A DNA stretch of 20,000 bases, from the IMG/VR virus record IMGVR_UViG_3300027747_004519; one strand, 5' to 3'. The position numbers and the translations under genes were made by a program. The notes under the pieces are model-generated. The model was not told where the DNA came from and searched no databases. It saw nothing but the letters and a program-made list of their open reading frames with translations. The stretch is from an uncultured virus (IMG/VR IMGVR_UViG_3300027747_004519) (taxonomy: Duplodnaviria > Heunggongvirae > Uroviricota > Caudoviricetes). Shown here piece after piece: positions 16,249 to 20,000 of this stretch. How positions within the stretch are numbered: position 1 is the first letter of the stretch; each line of letters opens with the position of its first letter.

Positions 16249-16464
16249 ATGAATTTCTGGAAAATATTAGGAATAGGTGCGGCTATTACCGCTAGCACTG
16301 TAGATACCAAGGATCACAAAACTCAAGAAGCGCTAGGGCATATTAACAAGGTGATTAGCGTTCTCAAGCCAGTTAGTGACGCTGGTTTAATTAACGATCC
16401 AAAGGTAGCAGAGAGTGTCGATTTTCTCCACACTTTGGTAAGTGAATTGCGCAAGCCTCAATAG
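16249..16464 (+). CDS. Small hypothetical protein with hydrophobic N-terminus
   Basis: 71-aa ATG ORF, followed by a hairpin shared with the convergent gene. Confidence 0.6.
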   Translation: MNFWKILGIGAAITASTVDTKDHKTQEALGHINKVISVLKPVSDAGLINDPKVAESVDFLHTLVSELRKPQ

Positions 16465-16502
16465 GGCTATACTAAAATAGTCTCTTGCAGATTTTTTAGG
16501 TT

Positions 16503-16531
16503 AAGCCACCGGGTATAGCTCTCGGTGGCTT
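16503..16531. terminator. Probable bidirectional terminator between convergent genes
   Basis: AAGCCACCGGG-TATAGCT-CTCGGTGGCTT. Confidence 0.65.
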
Positions 16532-16538
16532 TGTCATT

Positions 16539-16844
16539 TTATTCAAGTATTGACGACAAAGTGGCAGAATTTACCTCTCGAATCAGTTCTGAGATGGACT
16601 GCTTACCTTTGCCACGTTTGGGTGTGCAAAGTGGTTTTGATGCAAAGTAGGTAGTGGAAACCTTAGTAAAGGGCTGGCTAGCTTGCACCTGCTCCCTTAT
16701 TAAGAGGGTATTGGGCTTAGCTTGCGCAATATAGACGGTTTCTGTGCAAACTGGTTGAGTTGATTTTTTGAGAGCTGTGATCATGTAGCTGTAGAAAGTC
16801 AAAAACATTAAAAACAAAATTACTTGAAGTATAAAGCGTTCCAT
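16539..16844 (-). CDS. Hypothetical membrane-anchored protein
   Basis: 101 aa with an N-terminal TM helix (FILQVILFLMFLTFYSYMI). AGGA RBS and an upstream promoter. Confidence 0.65.
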   Translation of the reverse strand: MERFILQVILFLMFLTFYSYMITALKKSTQPVCTETVYIAQAKPNTLLIREQVQASQPFTKVSTTYFASKPLCTPKRGKGKQSISELIREVNSATLSSILE

Positions 16845-16910
16845 GGTGCGAATATCCTATTGTAGCGATTAATTGTCCTAGCTTGTGTATCGAGTGGCTA
16901 GAATTTTTTC

Positions 16911-16940
16911 AGCTTACTCTAGTTTTCTTGAAAATGTCAA
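16911..16940 (-). promoter_or_regulatory. Sigma70-type promoter
   Basis: TTGACA-18 bp-TAAGCT, directly downstream of a terminator. Confidence 0.55.
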
Positions 16941-16946
16941 GCTACT

Positions 16947-16973
16947 AAAAAGCCCCTAGGGAACTAGGGGCTT
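16947..16973 (-). terminator. Intrinsic terminator
   Basis: Minus strand AAGCCCCTAG-TTCC-CTAGGGGCTTTTT. Confidence 0.8.
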
Positions 16974-16980
16974 GCTTCTC

Positions 16981-17403
16981 TTAAACCATATTGTGAAATT
17001 CTAACATAACAGGCTGATCGTCTTCAGGCACGTAATCCGCGCTGTCAATTGCCGAGTCATCGTCTTGATCTTCGTCATTGTCGATCATATTATTTTCAAT
17101 ACAAGTTTTGCTGAAATAACAATCCGTAGACATTTTGACGCAAGTATAGCCAGCGAGTGCTTCGTCCATTTGCCCTTCTAATCTTGCTATCTCGTTTTGA
17201 TCACATGCATTAGCAAAATCCATAGAAAACCAAGTGTTCACCACTTTTAAAATATTTGGCTGGTCAGGGTCAAGCCAGAGCTCTTTGCGAACTACGCCTG
17301 GTTGTTGAATTAGCCAAGTATCCCAGATTCTTTTCTCGGCTGCTATATAGGTAGGAATTGCCGCTTCTTCAATAAAGTAAGTTATTTTTTCGATGTAATA
17401 CAT
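16981..17403 (-). CDS. TIGR03792-like cyanobacterial protein (dimeric alpha-beta barrel / ABM-like) with an acidic tail
   Basis: IE..(F).I......YIAAEKRIWDTWL.QQPG..RKELWLDPDQPN...V..W matches my recollection of the TIGR03792 pattern. D-rich C-terminal extension. Confidence 0.7.
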   Translation of the reverse strand: MYYIEKITYFIEEAAIPTYIAAEKRIWDTWLIQQPGVVRKELWLDPDQPNILKVVNTWFSMDFANACDQNEIARLEGQMDEALAGYTCVKMSTDCYFSKTCIENNMIDNDEDQDDDSAIDSADYVPEDDQPVMLEFHNMV

Positions 17404-17518
17404 AGTTAGTAAAACAATAATCAGATTTACTAGTATTGTACCCTATGGCTTTTATTGGCAAAATGGCAGGTGCTCTCAGCTTGGGGTATAATTTTGGAAA
17501 ACTCAATCTAACAGGCAA

Positions 17519-18181
17519 ATGGCAAAATCAATACAATCGCGCACAGAAGTTTTTGACGCGGTATCCCAGATAATCTCGCAGAATATGGCGCTACCCGAGG
17601 CGGTATTGATTTCCACTGCTCGTAATTGCTTAAGGCTGTATGATCTGCTTACGAATTACCCACAAAGTACCACGGACTTATTTACAATCTACCAAAGCAG
17701 GTATAGCGAACCGCTAAATGCTCACAGGATATCTAGCCTTCTGATAGCCATGGTTAGAGCTGGCGCTCCCATAGTACGCAGGGTAGAGCGATCCGGGTTT
17801 CCCTCAAAGCATTTAAGCTATTGGCACTTAAGAAAAATCAGCAGCTATCCGCTCTTGTGCAAATCTGCCCAGAGCGAAGCGATAGCGATATTAGCAGAGC
17901 TACTGCGAGAAGGGATAAATTTGCTGCCTATCAAAAAAGCGCTGGCATATTCTACCCAAAAAGCGCTAGAAATCTATAGCCTGCTTAGCCCAGAGGGAGC
18001 GCATTCACCGGTAATTGCGGAAAAATACGAAGCGAGATATACCAGGGATGTTTCTTACTCGCTAGTGCAAAATACCTTACACACTCTGGCTAGACACGGC
18101 GCACCTATAGTAAAAACGCACGTACGCAGCACGAAACCAAGAGGTGGCGACATGCTGTATTGGTCTATCGATACGAGGTAA
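17519..18181 (+). CDS. Tandem two-domain putative winged-helix DNA-binding protein
   Basis: Internal duplication (LYDLL..Y.SRY..GAPIV..SYW and IYSLL..YEARY..GAPIV..LYW). Upstream TGGCAG-17-TATAAT. Confidence 0.7.
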   Translation: MAKSIQSRTEVFDAVSQIISQNMALPEAVLISTARNCLRLYDLLTNYPQSTTDLFTIYQSRYSEPLNAHRISSLLIAMVRAGAPIVRRVERSGFPSKHLSYWHLRKISSYPLLCKSAQSEAIAILAELLREGINLLPIKKALAYSTQKALEIYSLLSPEGAHSPVIAEKYEARYTRDVSYSLVQNTLHTLARHGAPIVKTHVRSTKPRGGDMLYWSIDTR

Positions 18182-18189
18182 TTATGGAC

Positions 18190-18213
18190 AAAAAAAATCC
18201 CCCTTTCGGGGGA
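18190..18213 (-). terminator. Intrinsic terminator of the 53-aa gene
   Basis: Identical hairpin to 5872..5895. Confidence 0.85.
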
Positions 18214-18221
18214 GGAGGAGG

Positions 18222-18383
18222 TTAGCGGGTCCACCACCCTCTGGCTTTGAGCTCCCTGATGGAAGCGTGGGCGCTACCCAAGTCAGGAGCTTGGGGCTCA
18301 GGTTCGCCTTTGAGTCGACGGGCAAAGCGCGCGACTTGCTCTTGCTGGGCGAGGTCTAGGATTTCTTCAGGTGCGGTAAACAT
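18222..18383 (-). CDS. 53-aa small protein not in the ORF track (MFTAPEEILDLAQQEQVARFARRLKGEPEPQAPDLGSAHASIRELKARGWWTR)
   Basis: AAGGAGA RBS, own promoter and terminator. Paralogue of 5905..6069. Confidence 0.85.
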   Translation of the reverse strand: MFTAPEEILDLAQQEQVARFARRLKGEPEPQAPDLGSAHASIRELKARGWWTR

Positions 18384-18414
18384 GGGACAATCTCCTTATC
18401 GGGCTAATATATAT

Positions 18415-18443
18415 ATTATCGGATATATTCCCTAAAAGATCAA
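18415..18443 (-). promoter_or_regulatory. Sigma70-type promoter for the 53-aa gene
   Basis: ACCTA-TTGATC-17-GATAAT. Confidence 0.7.
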
Positions 18444-18564
18444 TAGGTATTTATACTTAATTTTGGGTATTTTCCTATAAACTTTCTTATATGTTTTTGA
18501 ATATTTTGCGATTTTACTTATATATAACAATAATTGTATTGATATTTGTACGGGTATCTAGAAA

Positions 18565-18865
18565 ATATATAAGATATTCTGTCATTTTTGCCAGAAATTA
18601 TCAGGAATTCGTATATAAACTGTACGGGTATTTGTACGGATTGTCGTACCGGTTATCGTACCGGCAAGGAGATATATAAGATATTCTGTCGATAGCAGCC
18701 GGATTCATCAGGTTTCCGTATGGATATTGTATTGATAATCGTATCGAGTGTCGTACCGGTTATCGTATTGAAATAGGATATATAAGATATTCTGTCGATA
18801 GAGGAAAAATTTATCAGGTTTTCATATGAGTATCGTATTGCTGATCGTACCGCCAGCTATACCGA
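18565..18865. repeat. Non-coding tandem array of about three 106-107-bp units with internal 11-12-bp GTA periodicity
   Basis: ATATATAAGATATTCTGTC at 18565, 18672 and 18778. TGTCGTACCGGTTATCGTA at 18642 and 18749. Confidence 0.88.
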
Positions 18866-18903
18866 TCATTGCATTATTAATTGATTTGTACGTCAATGCG
18901 AGC

Positions 18904-19998
18904 TTACGCATCCCCAAATCTTTTTACAGTACGTTCGGTCTGTATCTGGTTGTACGCTCGTACCTGTGAATCACTCATACTATTTGGATTGCTGGGGTTG
19001 TAATTGATATTCCAATTATTGCTCACAGCGTAGGATCGGTTATTGTTGGTCACTGTAGATCCACTGTTGCCTGTGTCAATTCCGCTATAAGCGGTCATAT
19101 TGGCTAAGTTGTTGAGCCTGTAGGGTTTAGGATTTGCCGAAAGCAAATTATTTACTTGATCTCTAGGAATCACATATTCGCCAGGGGTAAGCGCTGCCAA
19201 TACCGGTTTAGTGCCAGATGCGTTTTGTTCAGCAAAGAGTGCTTGAGCAGCCGCATTGCCCAGTGAGGTAATTGTACCACCGCTGGCATAGTTGCCTACT
19301 AGTCCGCCTTTGTGAAATCCTAGTGAAGTAATCCCGCTAGTGCTGAAACCACCGCCCATCCCTCCAAATAATCCGCTTAGCATGTTCACGCCTGAGCCGA
19401 TTAGTGAGCCTATACCTGATCCTCCGTTACCTGCAAAAATGCCAGAAGTATTGAGCCCTGCTGTATTTTGTATTGAAGACCCCACAGCAGATTGAGCTCC
19501 AAATATCCACTCTGTAATGGATTTGGACATCATATTACTAATTTCATCTGTCACGCCAGAGAACATTTTTCTAATACCGTTTGCCACAATTTCTAGTGGC
19601 TTAGTATAGCCATCGACGTCTTGAGCCAATCCTGAAATCATATCTTTCAATCCAGTTTGGAAACCGCTAGCGTACTTGTTGCCGGCAATCTTAGCATCTT
19701 TCAAAGATTGAGCGTTCATCTGATCCATCTGTTGTCTGAGCTCGGCAATCTTGCCAGCTCCTAGAGTAGCTTCTCCCCCCATCTTGGCTATAGATTCTTC
19801 TAAGTCAAATGAGCGTTTTAAATTGTCCATTTTGGCTGTGAGTATAGCTGCCTGCCCCCCCATAGAGCCGAAAGGGTCTTGTCCTGTATCAGATAGAAAC
19901 TTGGCGTATTGAGTTTGGAAACCGGCTAGAGCTTGAGTCGATTCAATATAAGCTTCAACTTGCTTTCTACCTTGGGCGGTTTGAGTTGCGTTACCCTC
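18904..19998 (-). CDS. Tail tape measure protein, C-terminal part (5'-truncated)
   Basis: The frame is open to the window end. G/S/A-rich helical sequence with FHKGGLV, YASGG and LTPGEYVIP motifs typical of TMP C-termini. Confidence 0.8.
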   Translation of the reverse strand, partial: EGNATQTAQGRKQVEAYIESTQALAGFQTQYAKFLSDTGQDPFGSMGGQAAILTAKMDNLKRSFDLEESIAKMGGEATLGAGKIAELRQQMDQMNAQSLKDAKIAGNKYASGFQTGLKDMISGLAQDVDGYTKPLEIVANGIRKMFSGVTDEISNMMSKSITEWIFGAQSAVGSSIQNTAGLNTSGIFAGNGGSGIGSLIGSGVNMLSGLFGGMGGGFSTSGITSLGFHKGGLVGNYASGGTITSLGNAAAQALFAEQNASGTKPVLAALTPGEYVIPRDQVNNLLSANPKPYRLNNLANMTAYSGIDTGNSGSTVTNNNRSYAVSNNWNINYNPSNPNSMSDSQVRAYNQIQTERTVKRFGDA

Positions 19999-20000
19999 AA

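Larger units (their letters stand above)
18189..18615. repeat. ~430-bp dispersed direct repeat, copy B
   Basis: Aligns with 5871..6303. Confidence 0.92.

Noticed and set aside
18144..18679. Plus-strand ORFs 18144..18359, 18247..18435, 18491..18679 and 5751..5936
   Set aside because: They overlap terminators, promoters or repeats. The synonymous substitution pattern supports the minus-strand 53/54-aa frame instead.
18611..18770. NtcA (GTA-N8-TAC) or cyanobacterial LexA boxes in the GTA-periodic array
   Set aside because: The spacings seen are GTA-N9/N10-TAC and do not fit either consensus.
18565..18865. CRISPR or mini-CRISPR array
   Set aside because: The intervening segments are ~87 bp and similar to one another, so these are tandem repeats rather than unique spacers. 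The invariant part is only 19 bp and no cas genes are present.

Overview
A 20 kb segment of a tailed dsDNA phage or prophage, probably infecting a cyanobacterium: it carries a TIGR03792-like protein and a cyanobacterial-type ParB-N-like protein. Virion genes include a DUF2793+LamG tail fibre, head-tail adaptor, scaffold-fused major capsid protein, prohead protease, head morphogenesis protein, portal and the 3' end of a tape measure gene. It also has a lysozyme-family endolysin, a D12-class adenine methyltransferase inside the head operon and two dTMP-kinase-like genes. The most striking feature is a dispersed family of self-contained expression cassettes (shared ACCTATTGAY-N17-(-10) promoter, RBS, small gene, terminator). 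These occur as a tandem array (14.5-16.2 kb), as a 135-bp inverted repeat making back-to-back promoters (6.1-6.45 kb), and as a ~430-bp direct repeat (5.9 and 18.2 kb) encoding a 53/54-aa protein that the ORF track missed. A 106-107-bp tandem array follows the second copy, and paralogous winged-helix-like genes lie beside both loci. The methyltransferase has an Asp-to-Val change at the single central base of a perfect 21-bp palindrome. Family assignments are from motif recognition by eye; no searches were run.
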